Of a stretch of 64,000 nucleotides of DNA, positions 18,790 through 29,200 are shown one piece after another. Position 1 is the stretch's first letter. Every line of letters begins with the position of its first letter. Made by a program: the position numbers and the translations under genes. Under the pieces are notes generated by a model. It did not search any database. It had not been told where the DNA came from and saw only the letters and a list, made by a program, of their open reading frames with translations. Source of the stretch: Bdellovibrionales bacterium (GTDB taxonomy: Bacteria > Bdellovibrionota > Bdellovibrionia > Bdellovibrionales > JAGQZY01); assembly GCA_031426555.1 (NCBI GenBank), contig JANPLN010000008.1, positions 1-64,000 on the forward strand, in the 5' to 3' direction.

Positions 18790-18847
18790 GCGGCAGGTTG
18801 GATTCTAGACTTGAGCACTAGGAAAAATACCGCTAGTGTCCCTCTCC

Positions 18848-19309
18848 ATGGAGAAGGCCGCAGTGAACCCTTTTGATTACTACTTACAAGTTTACGGCAT
18901 CGACAGCTTTGTTATCCCGACCTCCGCGCCAACCGCAACAGCCGGCATCCTGTCTCCGTCCGCTGCTGGCCCACAGCCATGGATTGTATTTACGAGCTCT
19001 TTAACAACAGCCGAGTTTCATTCTTACCGAGAGATGTTTGCTAAAATCACTAGAGCCATGGGCCTCAAACCCCACGAATTTGCACTCAGCTTGCAAGACT
19101 TACCACCACCAGTCTCTAATGAAACACGGGTGCGTGTAGCCTTTGGCGGCGACGAGCAAGGCTGGCAAGAGACGAGTGGCTTACAAAAACATCTTGTTGT
19201 TTCATCGCTCCAAGACATGGCACAAAATCCAGAACTTAAAAAATCAGCATGGTCTTTCTTGAAGCAAGCCATGGACCATCGTCGTATCGATCAAGGTCGG
19301 GCTTTTTAG
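18848..19309 (+). CDS. Hypothetical protein
   Basis: Open frame. The ATG at 18848 follows TTGAGC-N17-TAGTGT. 'HLVVSSLQDMAQNPELKKSAW' weakly resembles UDG-like or DNA polymerase III psi-like C-termini. Confidence 0.55.
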   Translation: MEKAAVNPFDYYLQVYGIDSFVIPTSAPTATAGILSPSAAGPQPWIVFTSSLTTAEFHSYREMFAKITRAMGLKPHEFALSLQDLPPPVSNETRVRVAFGGDEQGWQETSGLQKHLVVSSLQDMAQNPELKKSAWSFLKQAMDHRRIDQGRAF

Positions 19310-19355
19310 ATAAAGCGAGTCTTCCCGTTTTTGTTCGTGCTAGCCTGATTTGTAC

Positions 19356-20543
19356 ATGGCGATTCTTCTTTCGATGCTCATCAGTATGGCCGTAAGTCCA
19401 GCCTTTGGCGAAGCGGTGCGGGTTTTACTCGAGCAAGACACAAAAGCTCCGCAGTTTTACTTTTTAGGCCCGGCAGAATTTTCAACGGGACAGCAAAAAG
19501 TAGCCATTTATGAATCGCGATATCATCTGTCTGCAGAATTTAAAAATCAGCATTGGATTTTAAAAATCAAAACCAAATATTTCCAAGATCAATATAAAAT
19601 CCGCGGAGAGTTCCTTTCGATTTCGTCTTTATCAGACATTCAATGGAAGGACAGAAATTTAGATTTTAAAACTCATCTGGTTTGGCGCGAGCAGCAATAT
19701 CATGTTCTCGGCGAGATGGCTATGAACCGGTATTTGCAAGGTGTGATTCCACACGAGATGCCGGCGTCATGGCCATTGGAATCGTTAAAGGCCCAAGCCG
19801 TGGCCTCGCGCTCCTATGCTTATTGGAAAATGCGGAGCAAACAGCAAAAGCAAAAACTTTACGACTTGAAACCCTCTGTCATGGACCAAGTTTTTGAATT
19901 GCCACGCTGGGGCCTAGGAAATTCGATTGCACCTAATGTGGTTGAAGCTTTGCGAGCCACCGATGGCGAAGTGCTTTTTGAAAAACCAAAAGCCATCTTG
20001 AAAGCTTATTTTCACTCGGACTGCGGAGGCTCTACGACCACCGCACAGGAGGCGTGGGGCGAAAACAGCACAGCAGGAACTGCCGTCAAAGATCCCTACT
20101 GTGAAAATCGCGAAAGCCACTGGCAGGCGGCGTGGTCCAAAGAAAAAATTCAGAGTCGCCTTTTGCAAAAACTTGTTTTGCCTCCGGGATCTTCGCTCAA
20201 AGAAGTGATTTCGCGAACGGTTGCCAATTCCGAAAGAGTCGAAGCGGTGGATTTTTTATTCACTCAAGGTGTGTTCAAGCGAGTGCGGGCGGAGGATCTT
20301 CGGCAGCTTTTAGGTTACGACAAAATCAAAAGCACCACCTTTACCATTGCTAAAAAGAATAATGAGTGGACATTTTCGGGACGTGGTTTTGGTCACGGAG
20401 TGGGCATGTGCCAGTACGGTGCGCGGGCCATGGCGCAAAGAGGTAGGGGTTATCGTCAGATTCTCACGCATTATTATCCCAAATCCGTATTGCGCGGGAT
20501 TGAAAGTGATTCAGTATTGCTTAGCGCCATAGAGCCTTATTGA
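19356..20543 (+). CDS. SpoIID/LytB-domain protein (peptidoglycan lytic transglycosylase-like)
   Basis: 'YLQGVIPHEMP..W..ESLKAQAVASRSYA', 'YFHSDCGG', 'GRGFGHGVGMCQYGA' and 'ILTHYYP' motifs. Confidence 0.93.
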   Translation: MAILLSMLISMAVSPAFGEAVRVLLEQDTKAPQFYFLGPAEFSTGQQKVAIYESRYHLSAEFKNQHWILKIKTKYFQDQYKIRGEFLSISSLSDIQWKDRNLDFKTHLVWREQQYHVLGEMAMNRYLQGVIPHEMPASWPLESLKAQAVASRSYAYWKMRSKQQKQKLYDLKPSVMDQVFELPRWGLGNSIAPNVVEALRATDGEVLFEKPKAILKAYFHSDCGGSTTTAQEAWGENSTAGTAVKDPYCENRESHWQAAWSKEKIQSRLLQKLVLPPGSSLKEVISRTVANSERVEAVDFLFTQGVFKRVRAEDLRQLLGYDKIKSTTFTIAKKNNEWTFSGRGFGHGVGMCQYGARAMAQRGRGYRQILTHYYPKSVLRGIESDSVLLSAIEPY

Positions 20544-20573
20544 AAATTGCAAGCGATGTGACAAGATCAATTC

Positions 20574-21467
20574 ATGGCATTGTCCAAGTGGGTTGAATTT
20601 TTTGATGAGTTAGAACACGTTCGCGGACGCTCGTTAAATACAATACAGGCCTATCGCCATGATCTGGAATCCTTTGATGAGTTTTTACAGAAGCACAAAG
20701 ACCTCAAAGAGATTTATTATTTTTTAAGCAAAAAAAAATTATCCACCCGCTCGCAAGCTCGAATTATTAGCAGCATACGCACTTATTTTCGTTTTTTGGC
20801 GTCCAAGGGTGAAAAGATTCCCGATCTCACTCAGCTGCGACCCCCACGCGTTTCCGCGGCTCTGCCTGAGGTTTTAAGTTATGAAGATTTTCAAAAGTTA
20901 TTCCATGCCTGTGTGAGCGACGATCCGTTAAAATCAGCCCGTAATCAAATCACGCTTTTGCTGCTCTTTGGTTTGGGCTGTCGGGTGACGGAATTGATTC
21001 AGTTGGATGTTCGCGATTTCGTGCCCACCGAAGGGTGGCTGAAAGTTTTAGGCAAAGGCAACAAGGAGCGCATGATTCCGCTGACCGAACAGCTGCAACA
21101 GGAGCTTGTGGCTTATCTGGAGAAAGCGCGCCCCCACCTTTGCAAAGAAGGCGAAGTATCGATTCTGGTGAACGACCGGGGCCGCCGCCCCAGTCGCGTG
21201 GACATTTGGCGTTGGTTAGACTCGTGGTCAAAAAAAGCCGGATTTCAAGAGACCATCAACCCGCACAAATTTCGCCATGGCTGTGCAACAGCGTTGCTCG
21301 ATGCTGGTGCGGACCTGCGCTCCATCCAAAAACTTTTGGGGCACTCCAGCATCCAAACAACACAGATCTATACGTCAGTTTCCACTGCTAAAATGAAAGA
21401 GACCATCGATCAACATCATCCTCTTTCGTCATCCAATAAGAATTCGCTGCCGGAAACCGAAATCTGA
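20574..21467 (+). CDS. xerD: Tyrosine recombinase of the XerC/XerD family
   Basis: 'GCRVTEL', 'GKGNKER', 'PHKFRHGCAT.LL..GADLR.IQ.LLGHSSI.TTQIY'. XerD versus XerC is not certain. Confidence 0.8.
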   Translation: MALSKWVEFFDELEHVRGRSLNTIQAYRHDLESFDEFLQKHKDLKEIYYFLSKKKLSTRSQARIISSIRTYFRFLASKGEKIPDLTQLRPPRVSAALPEVLSYEDFQKLFHACVSDDPLKSARNQITLLLLFGLGCRVTELIQLDVRDFVPTEGWLKVLGKGNKERMIPLTEQLQQELVAYLEKARPHLCKEGEVSILVNDRGRRPSRVDIWRWLDSWSKKAGFQETINPHKFRHGCATALLDAGADLRSIQKLLGHSSIQTTQIYTSVSTAKMKETIDQHHPLSSSNKNSLPETEI

Positions 21468-21533
21468 TATTTCGTCCTTTATAATGTTCATTTCCTTGCT
21501 GCTTGAGTGACCGCTCTTGCAAAGCACTTGCGT

Positions 21534-22925
21534 ATGATTATCAAATCCTTTGTGCGCGATCATTTTTCGTTGAGACCCGTCGATGTGGAAATTGCTTTAA
21601 CACCCGGCTTGCCGGTGATATCCGTGTTGGGGTTGCCAGATAAGGTGATTCAAGAGAGCACCAAACGAATTCAGACAGCTCTCTTAAATCAAGGGTATCA
21701 AATGCCGCGAGCCAAACAGGTGATCGTGAATCTTTGGCCGAGGGATATTCGCAAAAGTAGTCTGGGATTGGATTTAGCCATCGCCCTCGGAATTCTTGTC
21801 GAAAGTGGCCAGAGGTCTGCACTGGATCCAGATCTTGTGGTGTATGGAGAGCTCGACATGCAGGGTGCCGTGAGGGTACCCAAAGACATTGTGATGATGG
21901 ACACAGTCCCCCCGCTTCTCCTGACGGGAGTTGGTAGCTCAGAGCTTAGCGGAGGTCGTTTTGAACTTTCGGCCCTCAAAGAAGATCCGCAGTGGGTGGA
22001 GAGTGTTTATGTTCGCGAAGAATCCCAGCGACCGCCATTTCTCTATCCCACACTCAGTCCGCAAGTGTGTGAACTTTTAAAAATCGTCGCAAGTGGAGAA
22101 CACTCCCTTCTGCTGGCCGGGCCGCCGGGAACGGGTAAGACGGCATTTGTGGATGGAGCATCGGCATTTTTTGCACCTCCTTCCCGCGAACAATTGCGCG
22201 ATATTCAAAAAAACTCGTTTTATTTTAAACAACCGGCAAAATGGCGCCCCGTCGTAAAACCTCATCACTCGTCCACGGTCCTGGCGTTTTCGGGAGGTGG
22301 AAACGGGTTGGTACCAGGAGAGTTGATGCGCGCTCACCACGGAATTTTAATTCTCGATGAATTATTGGAATTTTCGACGGGTGTGCAGTCACTGTTGCGC
22401 GAGCCCATGGAGGCGGGAGTTTTTCATATGGCTCGAGCCGGAAGGCGCTATGAATTTCCTTGCCAGTCCACCATCCTAGCGACAAGTAACCTTTGTCCCT
22501 GTGGAGAGTTTAGTCCCAATTTGCACAAGCAATGTCGCTGCTCCAGCTTACAACTTCGGCGCTATTTGCAAAAGTTAAGTGGACCTTTTGTCGATCGCTT
22601 TTCACTTTTGCATTTTACCAATGATTGGAATCAGACGGAAAAAAACGACTTTGTGGCGAGTCACCAATTACTACAGGAAATTGAAAGAGCTAATGAATTT
22701 CGAAGCAATCAACGGGGACAAATACTTCCGAATGAATTGGCAGTGCCCTCGCAAGCAAGATTATCGCTGCCAAAATTTAAATCGAAACGCCGCGAGATCG
22801 CCTGTTTAAAGGTGGCACGCACCATCGCCGATTTTGATTTCAGTTTCGATATTAAACCGAGTCATCTTGAAAAAGCGCTACAGTACTGTTACTTTCCCTT
22901 CGAACAGATCAAGAAGATCTATTAA
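21534..22925 (+). CDS. comM: ComM/YifB Mg-chelatase-like AAA+ ATPase
   Basis: 'GLP..VLGLPD', 'DLAIALGIL', 'GELDMQG', GPPGTGKT, 'PHHS', 'PGE..RAHHGILILDE', 'NLCPCG' and 'LSGPFVDR' motifs. Confidence 0.88.
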   Translation: MIIKSFVRDHFSLRPVDVEIALTPGLPVISVLGLPDKVIQESTKRIQTALLNQGYQMPRAKQVIVNLWPRDIRKSSLGLDLAIALGILVESGQRSALDPDLVVYGELDMQGAVRVPKDIVMMDTVPPLLLTGVGSSELSGGRFELSALKEDPQWVESVYVREESQRPPFLYPTLSPQVCELLKIVASGEHSLLLAGPPGTGKTAFVDGASAFFAPPSREQLRDIQKNSFYFKQPAKWRPVVKPHHSSTVLAFSGGGNGLVPGELMRAHHGILILDELLEFSTGVQSLLREPMEAGVFHMARAGRRYEFPCQSTILATSNLCPCGEFSPNLHKQCRCSSLQLRRYLQKLSGPFVDRFSLLHFTNDWNQTEKNDFVASHQLLQEIERANEFRSNQRGQILPNELAVPSQARLSLPKFKSKRREIACLKVARTIADFDFSFDIKPSHLEKALQYCYFPFEQIKKIY

Positions 22926-23062
22926 CGTTTAATTTTAATTAAAAAATCACCTACTTTGGTCTTAAGAAAAATCATTTTGCAGTGTCAATTTTGTGTCACT
23001 TTGGTTTTGTGGCGATTTCAATATTGGGAAAATGCAGGACTTTTTCTGGCGAAAAGTCGCGC

Positions 23063-23085
23063 AAAAATCTCATTCTGAGATTTTT
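23063..23085. promoter_or_regulatory. Operator-like palindrome upstream of the giant gene
   Basis: Perfect 10-bp inverted repeat AAAAATCTCA-TTC-TGAGATTTTT. Confidence 0.45.
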
Positions 23086-23149
23086 TTGAATCACTATGAA
23101 ACATAAAAATTATTTTTTTATCCCGAGTTAAGAAAATTTCTGCCAAAAC

Positions 23150-23176
23150 TCAAAATAGTCAAAAAAATGCCGATAG
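23150..23176 (+). promoter_or_regulatory. Sigma-28 (FliA)-like promoter of the giant gene
   Basis: TCAA-N15-GCCGATAG. Confidence 0.55.
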
Positions 23177-23288
23177 ATAGATATTGGTCGAGTGGCTATT
23201 TTGGCAGAACCTTGGATTTGTTTTTTAAGTACATATATATGCATGAATATTTTTTTAATACACTAAAGGCAGGAAAGGTCGAAAGATT

Positions 23289-26200
23289 TTGATAACTGAC
23301 GTGGTACGTTTCTGCACTTCTAGATTTTCCTCTGTTTCTCGATGGATTCTTCTATCGACGTTAAGTGCATTTCTTTTATCCTGCGTTGCCAACGTGACCG
23401 AGCCAGGTGAAGCCACCGAATCCAATCTTATTTTTTCTACCAGCGCTGATGGGACCACTCCTATCACGTCGCTCGATTTTGGAATAGCCGCTGTTGGAGG
23501 CTACTACGACATCTCACTTTTCGTTTTTAATGCGGGGCGCGTGCCTGCACAGAACATCAACGACACGAGCGACGTCGCCCAAAAGTTTGCCTACGCTGGG
23601 GGAGCCTTTCCTGGCACCGGTGGGACTTGCACAACCGAAATCCTCGCGGGGCAATCGTGTATTATCAAATTGCGCTTTTCGCCAACCGACACCAGTGTTT
23701 CTTCAGGAACAATTTCGTTTGGCTATGAAGATCGCGTCAACGGCGCTAAATCTTCGGCTCTCGCAGTGACGGGTCAGGGTGGAACTCCTGGCTTACTCAC
23801 GATTTCGGATGCGCCCCTCTACGATTTTGGTGTGGTCGCCATCGGGAGTTCAGCCGAATATTCGTTTACAGTTTCCAACTCGGGCGAGTCTCGCGCTGTG
23901 AGCATTGCCGAAATCGGACTTTCAACCAATTACGGTTTTAAGGGTGGCATTTATCCCGGGACTGGCGGAACTTGTCTGCCAGAAATCCTTGGTGGTACGA
24001 GTTGCACCATTGTCGTCGCCTTTACGCCTACATTGCTGGGAGTTTTACCTGACACAATTAATCTTTCTTACTTTGACGGTGTTGGCAGTCAAAATTCGAC
24101 GCGCGATATTCAAGGAACCGGCGTGTTTCCGGCTGTTTTGGAAATATCGGATGCTCCGATCTACAGTTTCGGAACAGTGCTTATCGGCCAGCAGCCAACT
24201 TATACGTTCACCATTAGCAATACCGGCGGCATAGCAGCCTCAGGACTATTCCTCGGGGGTTTGGCAGCACCTTATTCATTTGCTGGCGGTTCCTACCCAG
24301 GCGTCGGTGGAACCTGCGGCGTGGGACTCGGCGTGGCAAGCAGTTGTACGTTGGTGATTCAGTTCGCGCCAACAATTGCTGGCACATATATGGATACGAT
24401 GAATTTAGTGTATAACAACGGTATCACCCTCGCTTCGAGCGACCGCGACGTGATAGGTGTTGGCGTAACTCCTGCGTTAATCACGATTTCGGATGCGGCT
24501 TTGTATAATTACGGTACTGTAGCGGTGGGTTCTACCAACGATCACGCGTTCACACTTACTAACACCGGCGGCGTGAGTGCGACTCTGGTTTCAGGTTCGG
24601 GCTTGGTGGCTCCATTTGATTTTAAAGGTTTTGCGTATCCCGGTGCCGGCGGCACATGTACGGGAAATCTGCTTCCAGGCGCCAGTTGCGATGTGGTGAT
24701 CAGTTATCAACCGGTTGGAATCGGACTTTCCAGCGACACTTTAAACATCGACTATAATAATGGAATTGGACTGGTTCAATCCACCCGCGATATGCAGGGT
24801 ACTGCCGCGGCACCGGCTCTGCTCGCAATTACCAACGGCCCACTTTATGATTTTGGCACGTTGGCCGTCGGTGCGAGCAATACGCATGTTTTTACTATAT
24901 CTAATGGTGGTGGTGTGGCTGCCACGCTTGTGGGCATTGCCAGCTTATCGGCGCCGTTCACGTTTGTTGGTGGAGCTTATCCGGGCGCAGGTGGAACCTG
25001 CACAACCACCGTTGTTGCCGGCACTAGCTGTACAATCAATGTGGTCTTTACTCCGATCGCTATGGGCTTGTTTACCGATAGCATCGACGTTGACTATAAT
25101 GATGGAGCCTTTGCACAAGTCTTAAGTTTACCCATTCAAGGATCGGGTGTGGCTCCTGCCAATCTCGTGATCGCTGATGGCCCAACGTACGACTTTGGCC
25201 AAGTGGTGGTTGGCGGTGTGGGTGAACATATCTTTACAGTCACAAACTCCGGCGGAATTGATGCTTTAACAATTTCTGGACTGGGACTTGCTCCGCCATT
25301 CTCTTTTAAGGGTGGTGCCTACCCGGGTACCGGTGGAACTTGTGCTAACAGCTTAGCGGGCGGTGCAAACTGTTCGATCATCGTGACCTATGCGCCAGTC
25401 GTCGGTGGTATTGATAACGACACGATTGTTCTCGATTATTTTGATGGAGCCAACACGCAGCAGGCGCTGCGCGATGTCACTGGTCAAGGTTTTCCGCCAG
25501 CGCTCTTAACCATTTCCGATGGGCTTATCTATAATTACGGAACTATAGCTACAGGCGCCGCGGTGAACTATTTGTTTACCATCACCAACAGCGGTGGAAC
25601 AACCGCCACAGCTCTTGCGGGCGCAGGTCTAGCAGCTCCGTTTAATTATTTTGGCGGAAGCTATCCTGGAACTGGTGGAACCTGCGGATTGGCCATAGCG
25701 GCAGCTGCGACTTGCTCCATCGTTGTGGAATTTGCGCCGACAATCAATGTCGCCTATCTTGATACTATCCAGATCGATTATTTTGATGGCGTTGTGGCTC
25801 GATCGGCTCTCCGCGATGTTCAAGGTTCTGGTGCAGACCCTGCTCTCTTATTAATTAGCAATGCACCATCTTTTGATTTTGGTCAGCGCCCTACGGGCTC
25901 GTTGATTTCGCAAACTTTTTCGATCATCAACAATGGTGGTGTGAATGCCACGGGAGTGACCGGTCTGGGCTTAGCCGTGCCTTACACTTTCACCGGTGGA
26001 ACATATCCCGGAACCGCTGGAACTTGCGGCGCTGTTTTAGTGCCAACGGCCACGTGTTTAATTGAAGTGACCTTCGCGCCTGTTGCGATTGGTGCTACTG
26101 TCGACACCATTCAAATTGATTACAACAACGGTGTTGGTGTTGTGTCTTCCACGCGCGATGTGCTTGGCGAAGGCGTTGCTCCGGCGCTGTTAACACTTTC

Positions 26201-29200
26201 TGAAGCCGATCCTTATGACTATGGAACATTTGCTGCGGGTTCAACAAACAGTCACACCTTTACTTTTACCAATACCGGTGGATTTACTGCAACGGCCATC
26301 ACCGAAGTTGGATTAGCGGCTCCATTCCAATTTGCAGGCGGAACATTCCCAGGTACGGCGGGCACTTGCACAAGCACCATTCCAAGCGGAGCAAGTTGCA
26401 GCATCGTCGTCGATTTTATGCCAACGCTCACTGGGTTGTTTACCGACACCATCGACTTTACTTACAATAACGGAACTACAACACAAAGTGTACAACGCCA
26501 AATTCAAGGAACGGGCGTGAGTGCAGCGTCCATCGCGATCAGTGATGGTTTGATTTACGATTTTGCAACTCAACCCACGGGCAGTGTCACCATTAAAACA
26601 TTCACGCTGACAAACTCTGGCGGCTTTCCAGCCACGGCAATGTCGGGCGGCGGTTTAGCAGCACCTTTTGATTTTACTGGTGGCGCTTACCCAGGTGCAG
26701 GCGGAACTTGCGGACTCGTTCTCGGAGCCAGCCTCACCTGTACCATTGAAGTGAGTTACTCACCCCTCGCGGTGGGTACAAATAGCGATACAGTAATTAT
26801 TAGTTACAACGACGGTTCGGTTGTGCAAACCTCCACGCGCGCCGTGCAAGGAACAGCCGTGGCTCCGGCGTTACTCACGATTGCGGGACCAAGTCCGTAT
26901 CTTTACGGCACGATGGCGACAGGCTCAATCACCAATCAAACCTTCACCGTAACCAATACAGGTGGTTTTGCTGCGTCGGCGATCGCCGAAGTGGGCCTTG
27001 CCGCTCCATTTGCTTTTGCCGGTGGCATCTTCCCTGGAACTGGTGGAACTTGCGCGATAACATTGGCCGCTGGTGCAAGCTGTGATTTGGTCATCGCATT
27101 TAGTCCAACCATCAATGGTGTCTATTCGGATTCCATCGATCTAAATTACAATGACGGTGTCGCTGCACAAACGGCACTCAACGCGGTTCAGGGAACTGGC
27201 GCCACACCGGCTATTTTGGGATTGAGCGATGGTCCAACCTACGACTTTGGTTTACAAGGAACCGGTTCTACAACCAATCATACATTCATATTATCAAACA
27301 CCGGGGGCGTGAGTGCCTCGGCCATTCTGCCAGTGGCCATGGTTGCGCCATTTTCTTTTGCGGGAGGAACTTTTCCAGGCACGGCGGGAACGTGTGTTGC
27401 CACGCTGGCTGCGGGTTCGTCGTGCACAATTGTAGTGAGCTTTGCGCCAACAACTACGGGATTACAAACGGGAACATTATCACTTGGCTACAACGATGGC
27501 GCGGGCTCACAAAGTGTGAGCGGAGCCCTCGAAGGAACCGGTGCCTCACCAGCGCTCCTAACAATCGATCAAGCGCCATCTTACGACTACGGCACCGCCG
27601 CTGTGGGCTCTGTGACCAATCATGTGTTTACAATTATAAACTCGGGCGGAGTGACGGCAACGGCCATGGCCGGCGGCGCCTTTGGAGCGAACTTTTCGTT
27701 CGCTGGCGGAACCTATCCAGGAACTGCTGGAACCTGCGCGGCCACACTCGGTGCGACTCTTTCATGTACTGTTGTTGTCAGCTTTAATCCCATCGCCTCG
27801 GGAGCTCTTTCCGATACATTGTCGGTGGGCTACAACAGCGGCGTGGCATTGCAAACAGCGTCGCGCGCCGTGCAAGGAACTGGAGCGTCGCCGGCATTCC
27901 TCACTTTGACAAACGGTCCAACTTACAATTTTGGTAACGTGGCAATCGGTGGAACGGCCAACGTTGTCATCACCGTGACCAACACCGGTGGCGTTGATTC
28001 CACAGCCATGAGCGGCTCGGGACTTGCGGCTCCTTTTGATTTTACCGGAGCTGCTTACCCGGGAACCGCCGGTACCTGCGCGGGAACTCTTGCGCCCCTT
28101 GCAAGTTGTACCATTGTTGTGCAATTTGCGCCGACCATTGCGGGATCCTACAACGACAGCGTCGTCGTCGATTATAACAATGGTGCCGCGGTGACAAGTG
28201 TGGCGCGCGCTCTCACGGGGAACGGCGCCCTCCCTGCACAAATTACGATTAGCAATAATCCAACGTACGATTTTGGCAATGTGGCTTTAACTGCCACCTC
28301 GGCGTACTCTCTCACGCTCACCAACACTGGCGGTGTTGGCGCGACACTCATGACAGGTGTGGGGCTTGCAGCCCCGTTTGAATTTGCAGGTGGATCTTAC
28401 CCAGGAACTACCGGGACTTGCGGAGCCACTTTGGCAGCTACGGCCTCGTGCACAGTGCAAATCACTTACACGCCGACCATTTTGGGTTTGGCCACAGATA
28501 CTCTAGACATAAATTTTAACGATGGTGTCGCAGGGCAAACTTCAAGTCGTCCGTTGCAAGGAACGGGTGTGAATCCGGCAGTGCTAGCCATTGACAGTGG
28601 TCCAACCTACGACTACGGAACTCAAGCGACGGGATCAACCACCAACCGCACGTTTGTGGTTAACAATTCGGGTGGCGCACCTGCCACAGGTATCACTGGT
28701 ACGGGCTTAGCAGGAGCCTATAGTTTTGCTGGTGGAACTTATCCAGGCACGGGTGGAACTTGTGCGGCGACGATCGCGAACGGAGCCTCTTGTAACATCG
28801 TGGTGTCGTTTGCACCAACGGTGACGGGTCTGCTAACAGATTCCATCGAAATCAATTACAACGACGGAGCCCTCGTTCAGCAGGCCACGCGCGCGGTTCA
28901 GGGAACAGCAGTGAATCCAGCGCTCCTCACAATTTCTGATGGCCCCACTTACAACTATGGGTCTCTCCCGCAGGGTTCGACCACAAATTATTCGTTCACA
29001 ATTAATAACTCGGGTGGCTTTACCGCTACGGGAATGACCGGTTCGGGTCTGGCAGTTCCATTTAGTTTCGAAGGTGGAAGTTACCCAGGCACCACCGGAA
29101 CATGTACCGCAACACTCGCTGCCGGAGCCAATTGTACCATCGTGGTGACGTATGCGCCGGTGGCTTTAGGATCTGTCACCGATACCATTCTTGTCGCCTA

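Noticed and set aside
20574..21467. Phage or island integrase marking an integrated element
   Set aside because: The sequence is XerC/D-like, it sits among housekeeping genes, and no att repeats or tRNA are seen.
21468..21506. dif site next to the Xer recombinase gene
   Set aside because: Only a partial left-arm resemblance (..TATAATGT). No TTATGTTAAAT XerD arm.
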